Shown here: piece by piece, positions 32,801-42,004 of the stretch
Position numbering within the stretch: position 1 is the first letter of the stretch
Layout of the letters: each line of letters begins with the position of its first letter
Program-made: the position numbers and the translations under genes
Notes under the pieces: generated by a model
Seen by the model: only the letters and a program-made list of their open reading frames with translations
Told to the model about the DNA's origin: nothing
The model's database searches: none
DNA from: an uncultured delta proteobacterium
GTDB lineage: Bacteria > Myxococcota_A > Polyangia > Polyangiales > B10-G4
Assembly (NCBI GenBank): GCA_963727445.1
Contig: CAVSGI010000015.1
Coordinates: forward strand, 1 to 64,000
Direction of reading: 5' to 3'
DNA: 64,000 nt

Positions 32801-34258
32801 CAGGTCGGGCTCGGCGCCGTCCGGAACCTCCACGTGGCAGTCGTAGGGATTGGTGACGCCGCGCATCGTCGCCTGCTCCGGGGTCTCGAAGGCGTCGTAG
32901 CGGCCGGCGCAATCACCCGCGCCGTCCCCGTCGGTGTCGGGCAGCAGCTGCTCGCCCGTGTCGGGATCGACCGAGCAGAAGCAGTAGGCGTCGGGGTTGT
33001 CGGTCTGGCAGGCGATGCGCGGGTATTCCGCTTCGGGCTGGCCGCGCAGGCGACGAATCGTCGACATGAGCGAGGAGTTCCACTCACCCACGATCGCGTA
33101 GCTCGGCCGCACCAGGTGGGCCGGGAGCTCGTAGCTCGAGTACCAGACGATGGGCCGGACCTCGCGGTCGGTGTAGGGGATGGAGTTGCCCGACTCGTCG
33201 GTCCACTGCTTCCAGATGTTGTGGCGAATGGCCGCGTAGTTCTTGAAGTCGGTGTAGCCGTAGGCCGGGTCGTCGGCCGCGAGGCTGCGGTCGTAGGTCT
33301 TCTGCTCGAGGCGGAAGTAGCCGGCGTGCTCGAAGCGCGTGTCGGTCCAGTTGGTCCGCTCGTACTGGCGCTTGTCGCTGACCTTCAGGAAGGAGGTGCG
33401 GACGTAGACGGCGTTGGTGTTGCAGGTGGGGGCGTCCGAGTAGATCGACGCGCACCAGTTGACCATCGTACCGGTGAAGGGGTCGGGGACGAGGCCGGGG
33501 CTGAGGAGCTCCTGGCCGACGAAGCTCATGTGGTAGAGCTCGCCCTTCTCGTAGTCGTCGGCGAAGTCGCGGTCGACCTCGGTGCACGCCTCGGAGGTGT
33601 CGCTCGAGCCGTCGCAGGGCATGTACTGGAACTGGGGGCGCCAGCTGTCCGGGAACTCCGAGAGGCTCTGGACGTACATGTCGGTGGACTCACGGGTCCA
33701 CAGGCCGAGGATCTCGTAGAGCTGGAAGGTCTGACCGTAGTAGCCGGGCAGGAGGTTCTTCGACCAGTCGACGCGCATGTAGTCGCGCTCGTACCAGCGA
33801 CGGTCGACGTCGTTCTCGACGACGACGTTGTACTCCTCGCCAGTGACGCTGTTGTACTCGCGCTTGATGTCGAAGTGGCTCTCGATGTTGTAGGCCGCAA
33901 CGGGGTGACCGACCTTGTTCCCGGGCTCGATCGGCGCACCGTCGATGCCGGCGATCAGCTCGTAGTCGCGATAGGCATAGAGGAAGTTCTCGTCGATGAC
34001 CCACCTGATGCGGGGGATCGAGAACCCGAAGATCTGCGAGGCGTTGTCGTAGGCCGCGTCGCCGGGGTAGGTGCCGGCGCCCGCCGCCTCGTAGTCCACG
34101 TCGACGACCGTGCGCGCGACGTACCACGAGCCCTGGAAGATGTCCTTCTGGACCACGTTGACGCCCACCCGATTGACCGGGGGCTTCTGCGAGCAGCCCG
34201 CGAAGGTGACGGCCGTCAGCGCCGCCAGAAATGCCAAACCAAAAGAAACACGCCTCAT
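29878..34258 (-). CDS. Giant zinc-dependent metalloprotease lipoprotein, paralog A (~1,460 aa); two apparent frameshifts (~32352, ~30575)
   Basis: ORFs 32159..34327, 30360..32297 and 29878..30555 are collinear with paralog B. Lipobox TFAGC, VNRV, HEMGHCMGLRHSF, ASMMEY, YMYCTDE, CNRFDEG. Confidence 0.82.
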
Positions 34259-34323
34259 GCTACGGGCCTCCACGAAATCTCTGTTCGTACCGTCGCGGGA
34301 AATAATCTGAAATGGGTTGATGG

Positions 34324-35847
34324 TCACTGTGCCGCCCTCCGGTTGTTCCTCAGAGCGGCGACTTCTGCGCCGTCGGAATCTTCTTCTTCTTCGTCGTCCT
34401 CGTTGCGCGCGGTCGCGGCTTCCTCCTCCTCGTCGCCGGCGGTCATGTCGCGGACATGCTCGTAGACGCGGTCGAGGACGAAGGCGAACTGCAGCGTGAA
34501 CTGCGAGTACGGCGTGTAGAACGGGTTGTAGACGTTACCGCTCGGATCCAGCGCGCCAACGAAAGAGTTGGAGCTGCCGTAGTAGAGCGTCGTGTTGATC
34601 CAGTCGTTGATGAGCCAGGTGACGCCGAGGGCGAGCTGGGAGTACGTCCGGGTGTGGCCGCTGGTGTCGGTGACCGACACGCTGTCGGTGGTCGAGCCGC
34701 TCGTCCCGCCGTAGACGGGAACGTCGGTGGTCGTCGTGTCGTAACCGAGGACCCAGGAGCTACCCCACTGGGCCCAGAAGCTGAGCTCGGGAATCGGAGC
34801 GAGACCGGCGTAGAGGCCGACCGAGCCCGAGAGGGGCGAGTTCGTGAGGTAGAGGGTCTGGTTGTTGGCGTTGATGCGGTCGTACGGGTCGGAGCTCGGG
34901 CTGACCGCGTACGCCGGGACGTACTTGTCGCTCTCGGTGCTGCACGCGTTCGACGTGTAGAGGGTTCCGCTGAAGGAGCCGAAGGCCTGGATCGTCAGAC
35001 CGGTCATGATCTGGGTGAAGACCTTGGTGAGCGCGATGCTGCTCGAGAGGCCGCCGACCATGTGGCAGTTCCAGCTCGACCTATTCGTCGGGAGGATGGC
35101 GGTGAAACCACCACCGACCGCGATCTCGCCCGGAAGCGTGTAGAAGTTCGCGTCGATGATGCCGATCGTCAGATTGCTCATGTAGACGCTGTTTTGGTAG
35201 TAGTCCGGCTGGGTGAGCTCCCAGCTCAGCGTCTCCGAAACGCGGATGGAGGCAGAGTCGCCGACGTACCAACGCGGGCGGAAGCTGAAGCTCTGCATGT
35301 AGTAGGGGTCGTAGCTGCGGCTGTAGTCCGCGCCGGGGGTGAGCGTGGTCAGGCGCAGGTTGTTGTTCCAGTAGAAGAACGTGTTCCGCCAGGGCAGCGG
35401 CTCGACGTCCTCGACCCAGCGACCGGTCTCGAGGTCGTACCGGAGACCCGCGTGGTCGCCCTCTTCTTCTTCGCCGCCTTCGCCCTCGCTCGTCGCGTCG
35501 CTCACGGCGGCCGCGTCGGCAGCGGCGGTCGCGTCTTCTTCGCTGTCGCTTTCCGTGGTCCCGCTGTCGCTGCTGTCGCTGCCATCGTTGGTGGCTGCGG
35601 GATCCCCGGTGTCGGACTCGACCGAGGAGACCTCGGGCTCGGGGCTCGGGTCGGGCGCCGCCTCTTCTTCCCCCGACTCGGCGGGAGCTTCATCGGCCGC
35701 GGCTTGATCCTCGGTGTCGGTCGCTTCCGTCCCATCGGGCGCGGGAGCGGCCTCCCCCTCCTGCTCGCTGTCCTGGGCAAAGGCCGTGACCGGCGCTGCC
35801 AAGAAAAGCGCGAGTAGGAATGAAAGATGTCGGTGCTTCACTACCAT
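34324..35847 (-). CDS. Predicted outer-membrane beta-barrel protein with a long acidic N-terminal linker
   Basis: Signal peptide ending AFAQ; ~110 aa D/E/S/A-rich linker; then alternating aromatic/hydrophobic beta-strand patterns (FSFRPRWY, QLALGVTW, FTLQFAF). Confidence 0.65.
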   Translation of the reverse strand: MVVKHRHLSFLLALFLAAPVTAFAQDSEQEGEAAPAPDGTEATDTEDQAAADEAPAESGEEEAAPDPSPEPEVSSVESDTGDPAATNDGSDSSDSGTTESDSEEDATAAADAAAVSDATSEGEGGEEEEGDHAGLRYDLETGRWVEDVEPLPWRNTFFYWNNNLRLTTLTPGADYSRSYDPYYMQSFSFRPRWYVGDSASIRVSETLSWELTQPDYYQNSVYMSNLTIGIIDANFYTLPGEIAVGGGFTAILPTNRSSWNCHMVGGLSSSIALTKVFTQIMTGLTIQAFGSFSGTLYTSNACSTESDKYVPAYAVSPSSDPYDRINANNQTLYLTNSPLSGSVGLYAGLAPIPELSFWAQWGSSWVLGYDTTTTDVPVYGGTSGSTTDSVSVTDTSGHTRTYSQLALGVTWLINDWINTTLYYGSSNSFVGALDPSGNVYNPFYTPYSQFTLQFAFVLDRVYEHVRDMTAGDEEEEAATARNEDDEEEEDSDGAEVAALRNNRRAAQ

Positions 35848-36072
35848 TCTCTCCCGTGCGGCGACTCGAAATAGCCCACCAAATTCGTCGAATTCAGCTG
35901 GAATAAACGCGCGGGTGCACACATTCCCCTACTTCGTATCCACCCAAGGGGGGGCGTTGTGTCCGATGCAGTGGCGCCTGTCAACGTGTCTCGTCCCATT
36001 CCAAGAATCCGTGTTTCGCCGTGCATAAGGCGACGGCTGGCCCCCCCGCGGAGGAGCCCTCGGGCCGCCAAG

Positions 36073-36088
36073 GGCAACGGCTGTGCCA
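36073..36088 (-). promoter_or_regulatory. Sigma-54 (-24/-12) promoter for the barrel-metalloprotease operon
   Basis: Minus strand TGGCACAGCCGTTGCC matches TGGCAC-N5-TTGC, ~225 bp upstream of the first start. Confidence 0.65.
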
Positions 36089-36309
36089 CCTTTCGACGGG
36101 CCCTCTCAAGGGCCTGGGATCACGGAGGATTCGCGAGCCGATGACGCGCGGCAGCGGGATTCTGGCGTCGTGACAAGATGGCACGGGGCCTTCCCAGCGA
36201 CGGAATGGCGTCTAGAATCAGCATTGATCTCGGGGACCTCCGCACGGCGTCAAAGGCTTGACGGCGCCGAAAAATGGAGTGATCTCCGGCCTACTCACTA
36301 AGATCAGGC

Positions 36310-37410
36310 ATGGCCTCGCGCGCTCTGCCCGAAGATGAGCTCCATGTCTTCCTTCGGCGGAGACGTCGACGGAACAGCAACATTGGAGAGCCCCTCGGAC
36401 TCTTCCTCGCGGAGACCCTCAATCTCACCTCGCGACTCGTTCCCTGCGAGGCCGGATCACTCCTTCTCGACGACCCCGCCATGCCCCGCGGACGCTCTCC
36501 ACTGACCTTCGTCGCCGCCTTCGGCGCGGCCGCGAGCCGCCTGGTGGGGATGCGCGTGCCCAGCGGCCACGGGGTGGCCGGACACGTCTATCGCTCGGGC
36601 GAGCTCTACGCGACGGGCGGTCCAGAGGAGGATCCGCATTTCTTCGAACAGGTCGACGCCGAGGCCGGCTTTCATACCCGGAGCCTGGTCGCGACGCCCG
36701 TGCGCCTCGAGCGGCAGGTCTGCGGCGTCTTCGAGCTCGTGAATCGACGCGGCAAGAGGCGATTCACGAAGCACGACATCGAGCTCGTCGCTCTGCTCGG
36801 CGGCTACATGTCGCGCGCGATCCTCAACGGCGTCGACATGCTGAAGCAGACCGAGCTCGCGCTCCGCGACGAGCTCACCGGGCTGGGCAACGTGCGGCGC
36901 CTCGAGCCGGAGCTCGAGCAGGCCGTGAAGGTGGCGGCGCGCGCACGGAGCGACCTGTCGATCCTCTTCGTGGACGTGGACCGTCTGAAGCAGCTCAACG
37001 ATCGCTTGGGGCATCGCGCGGGGAGCGAGGCCCTGCGAAGGGTGGGAGCGGTGCTGGCGACGGCGATCGGAGACGAGGGATTCGCCTATCGTTTCGGGGG
37101 AGACGAGTTCGTGGTGCTGCTGCCGGGCCATGATGGGGACGCGGCCGAGGCCGTCGCCCAACGTCTTCGCTCGGCCGTCGCCAAGGGGACGCGGGGGCCG
37201 ATTCGCCACGGCGGGACGCTGCCGCGGATCACGGTCTCGGTCGGCCTCGCCACCCTCGCGGACGCCCTCGCACCGGGCCGCAGCACGGCCGCGCGACGCA
37301 CGGCGCGCCTCCTCGCCGCGGCCGACCGGGCCCTCTACCGCGCCAAGCGCAAGGGCCGAAACCAGGTCGCCCGCGCCACCCGCCGAGACGACACGCTGAG
37401 GCGAAGGTGA
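36310..37410 (+). CDS. GAF-GGDEF diguanylate cyclase
   Basis: GAF region (GVAGHV..D..F...D..GF.TRS); DELTGLGN, DVDRLKQLNDRLGH, RFGGDEF, ADRALYRAK. Confidence 0.92.
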   Translation: MASRALPEDELHVFLRRRRRRNSNIGEPLGLFLAETLNLTSRLVPCEAGSLLLDDPAMPRGRSPLTFVAAFGAAASRLVGMRVPSGHGVAGHVYRSGELYATGGPEEDPHFFEQVDAEAGFHTRSLVATPVRLERQVCGVFELVNRRGKRRFTKHDIELVALLGGYMSRAILNGVDMLKQTELALRDELTGLGNVRRLEPELEQAVKVAARARSDLSILFVDVDRLKQLNDRLGHRAGSEALRRVGAVLATAIGDEGFAYRFGGDEFVVLLPGHDGDAAEAVAQRLRSAVAKGTRGPIRHGGTLPRITVSVGLATLADALAPGRSTAARRTARLLAAADRALYRAKRKGRNQVARATRRDDTLRRR

Positions 37411-37464
37411 ATCGGGCCGAAGTTCGATAAGCCCGGTCCGTCACCTGCGTTAGGATGCCGGTCG

Positions 37465-38172
37465 ATGACGCGACGTCGATTCGGCGAATTGGATGTGCGG
37501 TTGACGGGGGGGAGCGACCGCGAGGGGGGTGGCGAGGGGCCGTTGGTGGTCCTCTTTCACGGTTATGGCGCGCCGGGGGAAGACCTGGTGCCGCTCAGCC
37601 GGGTGATGCGTGCGCCCGAGGGGACGCGCTTCGCTTTTCCGGCGGCGCCCATCTCGCTGGCGATGGGGTTCGGGGACAGCCGCGCATGGTGGCAGATCGA
37701 CATGATGGCGCTCGAGCAGGCGATGATGCGAGGCGAGCATCGCGACATGAGCCAGTCGGTGCCCGAGGGGCTCCCCGAGGCCCGCGCCCTCGCCGATGAG
37801 ACGGTCTCCGCGCTTGTCGAGGCGCTCGCGCCCAGCCATCTGGTCCTGGGCGGCTTCTCCCAGGGCGCGATGCTCGCGCTCGACCTCGCCTTGCACGGCG
37901 ACCGCCCGCTCGCCGGGCTCGCGTTGATGAGCGGCACCCTGCTCTGCGAGGACGTGTGGCGCGCGAAAGCCCCCGCGCGAAAAGGGCTGCCCGTGGTTCA
38001 GAGCCACGGTCGCCTCGACCCGCTCCTGAGCTTCGCGGCGGCCGAGCGTCTTCGCGATCTCCTGACCGAAGCCGGGCTCGACGTCCGCTTCATCCCCTTC
38101 CGCGGGGCCCACGAGATCCCGCCGACGGTGCTCGCCGGCGTCGAGGAGCTCTTGGACGAGGTCTTCCGATGA
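37465..38172 (+). CDS. Phospholipase/carboxylesterase
   Basis: FHGYGAPG, RAWW, GGFSQGAM, HGRLDP, GAHEI. Confidence 0.88.
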   Translation: MTRRRFGELDVRLTGGSDREGGGEGPLVVLFHGYGAPGEDLVPLSRVMRAPEGTRFAFPAAPISLAMGFGDSRAWWQIDMMALEQAMMRGEHRDMSQSVPEGLPEARALADETVSALVEALAPSHLVLGGFSQGAMLALDLALHGDRPLAGLALMSGTLLCEDVWRAKAPARKGLPVVQSHGRLDPLLSFAAAERLRDLLTEAGLDVRFIPFRGAHEIPPTVLAGVEELLDEVFR

Positions 38173-39320
38173 GGGGCTTCGCATCGCTCGCCGTCGCCAT
38201 CGCCTTCGTGACCGCCCCCTCCATCGCGGCCGCCCAGTCCGATTGGGATCGGGCCGAGGACGAGGCCATCGGGGATCACACGGAGGATGCGACCGAATCC
38301 GACGTCGAGCTCGGCGCACCCCAGCACGGCGAGGAGCGGGACCGAGGCGGGAACGCCTCGAACGACGCGCTTCGAGCGCGCCACGGCGACCGCGATCGCG
38401 ACGACGAGGACGAGGACGACGACGAGGACCGCGACGAAGACGACGGCGAGGACGATGGCGAGGACGGCGAGACGGACACCTCGGTCACCGGCCTCTTCGG
38501 CACCACCGACGCCGGCGGCGCCATCCGCTTCTTCGGCGACGTCGGCACCTTCTTCGGTCCGATCGACGTCTTCAGCGGCCTCGGCGCGGTCGGCGGCACC
38601 AACGTCTTCAGCCTCTCCCCCTGGTTCGGCATCAGCTATGGCGTCACGGACAAACTGGTCCTCGGCGCCGAGTGGGGCTTTTCGATGCTCGCCCACGGCG
38701 ACGTGATGCTCACCACCGGCACCCAGCCCGGCGGCGCGGCGGTGGCGGCGGGCAACCCCACCGTCTTTGCCCGGTGGATCCCGCCCGGCAGCCAGGGCGA
38801 TTTCTCCTGGGGCATCGACCTCGCCGTGGCCTTCCCCGTCTCGAACCCCCAATCGACGCCCGAGCAGGTGGCCGTCACCGCCGCCATCGGCTCCCGCGGC
38901 GCCTGGGATCTCTTCCACTGGATCAAAGGCTCCCTCAGCATCGTCCCCGGCTTCTTCTTCGACTGGGAGGCCCTCGAGAACTTCTTCCTCCACGGCGAAG
39001 CGGACTTGGGCCTCGTGTGGGGGGTGGCCAACGACACCTACGAGACCGTGGGCTTCCTTCAGGTCGCACTCGACGTGCGCTACCAGCTCGCCGAAGCCTT
39101 CGGGCTCGGCCTGCGCCTCAACGGCGTGCTCATGGGCCAGGACGCGTCGCCCACCCGCGACACCTTCCAGCTCTCCATGGCGCCCTATCTCGCCGTCTAC
39201 GCCGGCGCGCTCTTCCTGCGGGGCGAATTCCTCTTCAACATCACCGAGCCCTACGGCACCTCCTTCAGCAACAACCGCTACTGGGGCGCGCGCCTGGTGG
39301 CAGGCTTCGCGATCGATTGA
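38169..39320 (+). CDS. Predicted outer-membrane beta-barrel protein with acidic linker
   Basis: Signal peptide ending AAAQ, poly-D/E tract, amphipathic strands, C-terminal WGARLVAGFAID; ATGA overlap with the esterase gene. Confidence 0.6.
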   Translation: MRGFASLAVAIAFVTAPSIAAAQSDWDRAEDEAIGDHTEDATESDVELGAPQHGEERDRGGNASNDALRARHGDRDRDDEDEDDDEDRDEDDGEDDGEDGETDTSVTGLFGTTDAGGAIRFFGDVGTFFGPIDVFSGLGAVGGTNVFSLSPWFGISYGVTDKLVLGAEWGFSMLAHGDVMLTTGTQPGGAAVAAGNPTVFARWIPPGSQGDFSWGIDLAVAFPVSNPQSTPEQVAVTAAIGSRGAWDLFHWIKGSLSIVPGFFFDWEALENFFLHGEADLGLVWGVANDTYETVGFLQVALDVRYQLAEAFGLGLRLNGVLMGQDASPTRDTFQLSMAPYLAVYAGALFLRGEFLFNITEPYGTSFSNNRYWGARLVAGFAID

Positions 39321-40372
39321 GCACGGCGCCCAACATCCATGGCCTGTTGCCCGAGGACCTGCTGGCGCTCCTCACCGAGGGCGGGGTGAAGGCGAACCTG
39401 GGGGAAGCCCGGCGCTTCCTCGCCCACCGGATCAGCCACGGCCGGGCCGGCCTGCCCCATCGCCCGGTCTCGCGGGTCTTCGCCGACGGGGCGGCTCGGC
39501 TCACCACCGACGAGCGCCTCGCGGTGGTCGAGCGGGCCGAGGACGCGAGCGACGGCTTCGTGAAGTACCTGTTCCGCTCACCGGACGGCGCGGAGACCGA
39601 GGCCGTTCGGATCCCGCTCGAGAAGCCGGGCTGCTTCACCGTGTGTCTGTCGAGCCAGGTCGGCTGCGCGATGCGGTGCGACTTCTGCGCCACCGGTCGC
39701 CTGGGCCTCACGCGCAATCTCGAGGCCTGGGAGATGGTGTCGGCCTTCTGCACGGTGCGAGACGAGGCCCGAGACGCGGGCGGCCGGGTCACGGGCGCGG
39801 TCTTCATGGGTCAGGGCGAGCCCTTCCACAACTACGACGCGGTGATCCAGGCGGCGAAGGTCCTCTCGGACAGCTGCGGGGGCCGCATCGCGGGACGCGC
39901 CATCTCGATCTCCACCGTGGGGCTGGTCCCGCAGATCCGGCGCTACACCCGGGAGGGACACCGCTACCGGCTGATCGTCTCCCTCACCTCCGCCCTGCCC
40001 GAACGGCGCCGGGCGCTCTTGCCCGTGGCCGGACGCTTTGCCCTCGAGGACCTGGCCGACGCCATCCGCGCCCACAACGCCGCCCGCCGCGGTCGGGCCA
40101 CCGTCGCGTGGGTGCTGATGGGCGGCGTGAACCACGACCCCGAAGAGGCGGACGCCCTCGAAGCGCTCCTCGGCGACGTCCCGCTGCGCATCAACCTGAT
40201 CGACGTGAACGACGCCCGACCCGACGGCTACCGCCGGGCCAGCGACGCCGAGCGCCGGGCCTTCTTCGGCCAGCTCGCGCACATCGGGCCGGTGGTTCGC
40301 CGCTACTCCGGCGGCCAGAACGAGCACGCCGGCTGCGGGATGCTCGCCGCGAAGCACCGGCACGTCCAGTAG
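39317..40372 (+). CDS. RlmN/Cfr-family (class A) radical SAM methyltransferase
   Basis: TVCLSSQVGCAMRCDFCATG, RNL, FMGQGEP, ISTVG, C-terminal AGCGML. TTG start overlaps the upstream stop. Confidence 0.85.
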   Translation: MSTAPNIHGLLPEDLLALLTEGGVKANLGEARRFLAHRISHGRAGLPHRPVSRVFADGAARLTTDERLAVVERAEDASDGFVKYLFRSPDGAETEAVRIPLEKPGCFTVCLSSQVGCAMRCDFCATGRLGLTRNLEAWEMVSAFCTVRDEARDAGGRVTGAVFMGQGEPFHNYDAVIQAAKVLSDSCGGRIAGRAISISTVGLVPQIRRYTREGHRYRLIVSLTSALPERRRALLPVAGRFALEDLADAIRAHNAARRGRATVAWVLMGGVNHDPEEADALEALLGDVPLRINLIDVNDARPDGYRRASDAERRAFFGQLAHIGPVVRRYSGGQNEHAGCGMLAAKHRHVQ

Positions 40373-40461
40373 GCGGTCGTGTGTGCACGGCAGGCCCCAG
40401 CTGGTGACGACTGGAGTGAGCACCGACGGGCTTTAATCCCTGAAAGCAGGCTGTGCTCTTT

Positions 40462-40477
40462 CGGCACGGCCGTTGCT
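40462..40477 (+). promoter_or_regulatory. Putative sigma-54 (-24/-12) promoter
   Basis: CGGCACGGCCGTTGCT with GG-N10-GC spacing, ~13 nt upstream of the GTG at 40490. Confidence 0.55.
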
Positions 40478-40489
40478 TTTTCTCGCGGA

Positions 40490-41878
40490 GTGCCCCGACC
40501 CGCCGTAGCGCTCCTTCTGCTCCTGCTTCCATCGATACTCATGATGGGGTGCTACGGCGGTCCGGGGTCCGACTCGGGCCGCATGGGGGAGACCCCGGAC
40601 GCGCCCCCGGCCGACGGCGGCGCCACCTGCTTCGGGGTGCCCGTCAACAGCGACCCCGACGTCGGAGCGGCGCGCGGCGCCCTCTCGATCGACAGCCTGG
40701 TCGGCTCGGGGTGCAGCACCAGCGCGGTCGCGGACCTGAGCCAACAGCTCGTCGACGAGCTCGAGTGCCTGATGCCGGGACAGATGGAGCGGATCGACTC
40801 GATCAGCGGCCTGACCCTCGGCGGCGCGGTCTTCCCCTACCTGCAGCGGCCAGCGGCCGACGCGCTCAGCCGGGCGGTCGCCGGCGGCGGCACGATGCGG
40901 ATCAACTCGGGCCTCAGGACCCTGCCCCAGCAGTATCTGCTCTACCGCTGGTACCGTGCCGGCCGCTGCGGCATCTCCCTCGCCGCCTCGCCGGGCCACA
41001 GCAACCACGAGTCCGGCCTCGCCATCGACATCTCGGACAACGCGACCTGGCGCTCCCGGCTCGAGGGCGAGGGCTTCCGCTGGCTCGGCTCCTCGGACCC
41101 GGTGCACTTCGACTACCAGGGCGGCGGCACCACGGATCTTCGCGGACTCTCGGTGCTCGCCTTTCAGCGCCTGTGGAACCGCAACCACCCCGAGGACCTG
41201 ATCACCGAGGATGGGCTCTACGGGCCCCAGACCGAGTCGCGCCTCTCGCGGGCGCCGGCCGAGGGCTTCGCCACGGGTGCGGTCTGCGGCGAGCCCGATC
41301 CGCCGCCCACCGAGCCCGATCCCCCCGCGACCGACCCGGATCCGCCGGCGATGGCCGATCCCACCATCACCCTCGAGTGGAGCGCCGACCTCGATGGCGT
41401 GCACGTCTTCGACGCCATCGTCCCCGACGAGGTGACCCGCGTGGTCTACCTGGTCGACGGCCTGGAAGTGGGGAGCGCCGGACGGAGCACGGACGATCGC
41501 TTCGAGGTCAGCGTCGCTGGATGTTTCGACGGAATGCTGCGCCAGGTCACGGCGCGGGCCCTCGACATGGAGGGCAACCTGGTGGTCGAAGGCATCGGGT
41601 GGCTGGAGGCGAAGGAAGAGGACGCCATCTACGTGAGGCCGATCGGCCCCGATACGTGGGAGATCGGCTTCGACCGGGCCTCGTCGGAGGTGGCGGCGAT
41701 CGAGGTGATCGTCGACGACTCCATGCTCACCGACTCGGTCACCGGCATGGAGCGCTCCCCCCGCGGGGCGGTCGCCCATCAGTACAGCCGACTCGGCCTC
41801 CGCAGCGTCTCGGTCCGAAGCTACGACGCCGCCGGAACCCTCCTCGACGAGCGCCGCTTCGACATCGAGCTCAGATAG
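40490..41878 (+). CDS. M15-family (D-Ala-D-Ala-type) metallopeptidase lipoprotein with PG-binding-like and Ig-like domains
   Basis: INSGLRT..QQ..LY, SNHESGLAID, DPVHF; AFQRLWN...DGLYGPQT; Pro-rich linker; two C-terminal beta domains. Confidence 0.8.
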   Translation: MPRPAVALLLLLLPSILMMGCYGGPGSDSGRMGETPDAPPADGGATCFGVPVNSDPDVGAARGALSIDSLVGSGCSTSAVADLSQQLVDELECLMPGQMERIDSISGLTLGGAVFPYLQRPAADALSRAVAGGGTMRINSGLRTLPQQYLLYRWYRAGRCGISLAASPGHSNHESGLAIDISDNATWRSRLEGEGFRWLGSSDPVHFDYQGGGTTDLRGLSVLAFQRLWNRNHPEDLITEDGLYGPQTESRLSRAPAEGFATGAVCGEPDPPPTEPDPPATDPDPPAMADPTITLEWSADLDGVHVFDAIVPDEVTRVVYLVDGLEVGSAGRSTDDRFEVSVAGCFDGMLRQVTARALDMEGNLVVEGIGWLEAKEEDAIYVRPIGPDTWEIGFDRASSEVAAIEVIVDDSMLTDSVTGMERSPRGAVAHQYSRLGLRSVSVRSYDAAGTLLDERRFDIELR

Positions 41879-42004
41879 GCGCGCTCGCGCGGCGTCGGGA
41901 AATCGAATGTGCGCTGCACGTCCTTCGGTTCCGCCTTGCACGCGACCGACGCGCGTCGCAATCTCGCCTTCCGAGGTCATTGAGACAGGCACTAGGCTCG
42001 CTAG

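Noticed and set aside
29878..34327. Three separate genes
   Set aside because: The pieces are collinear with the intact 1499 aa paralog and join with single-base corrections.
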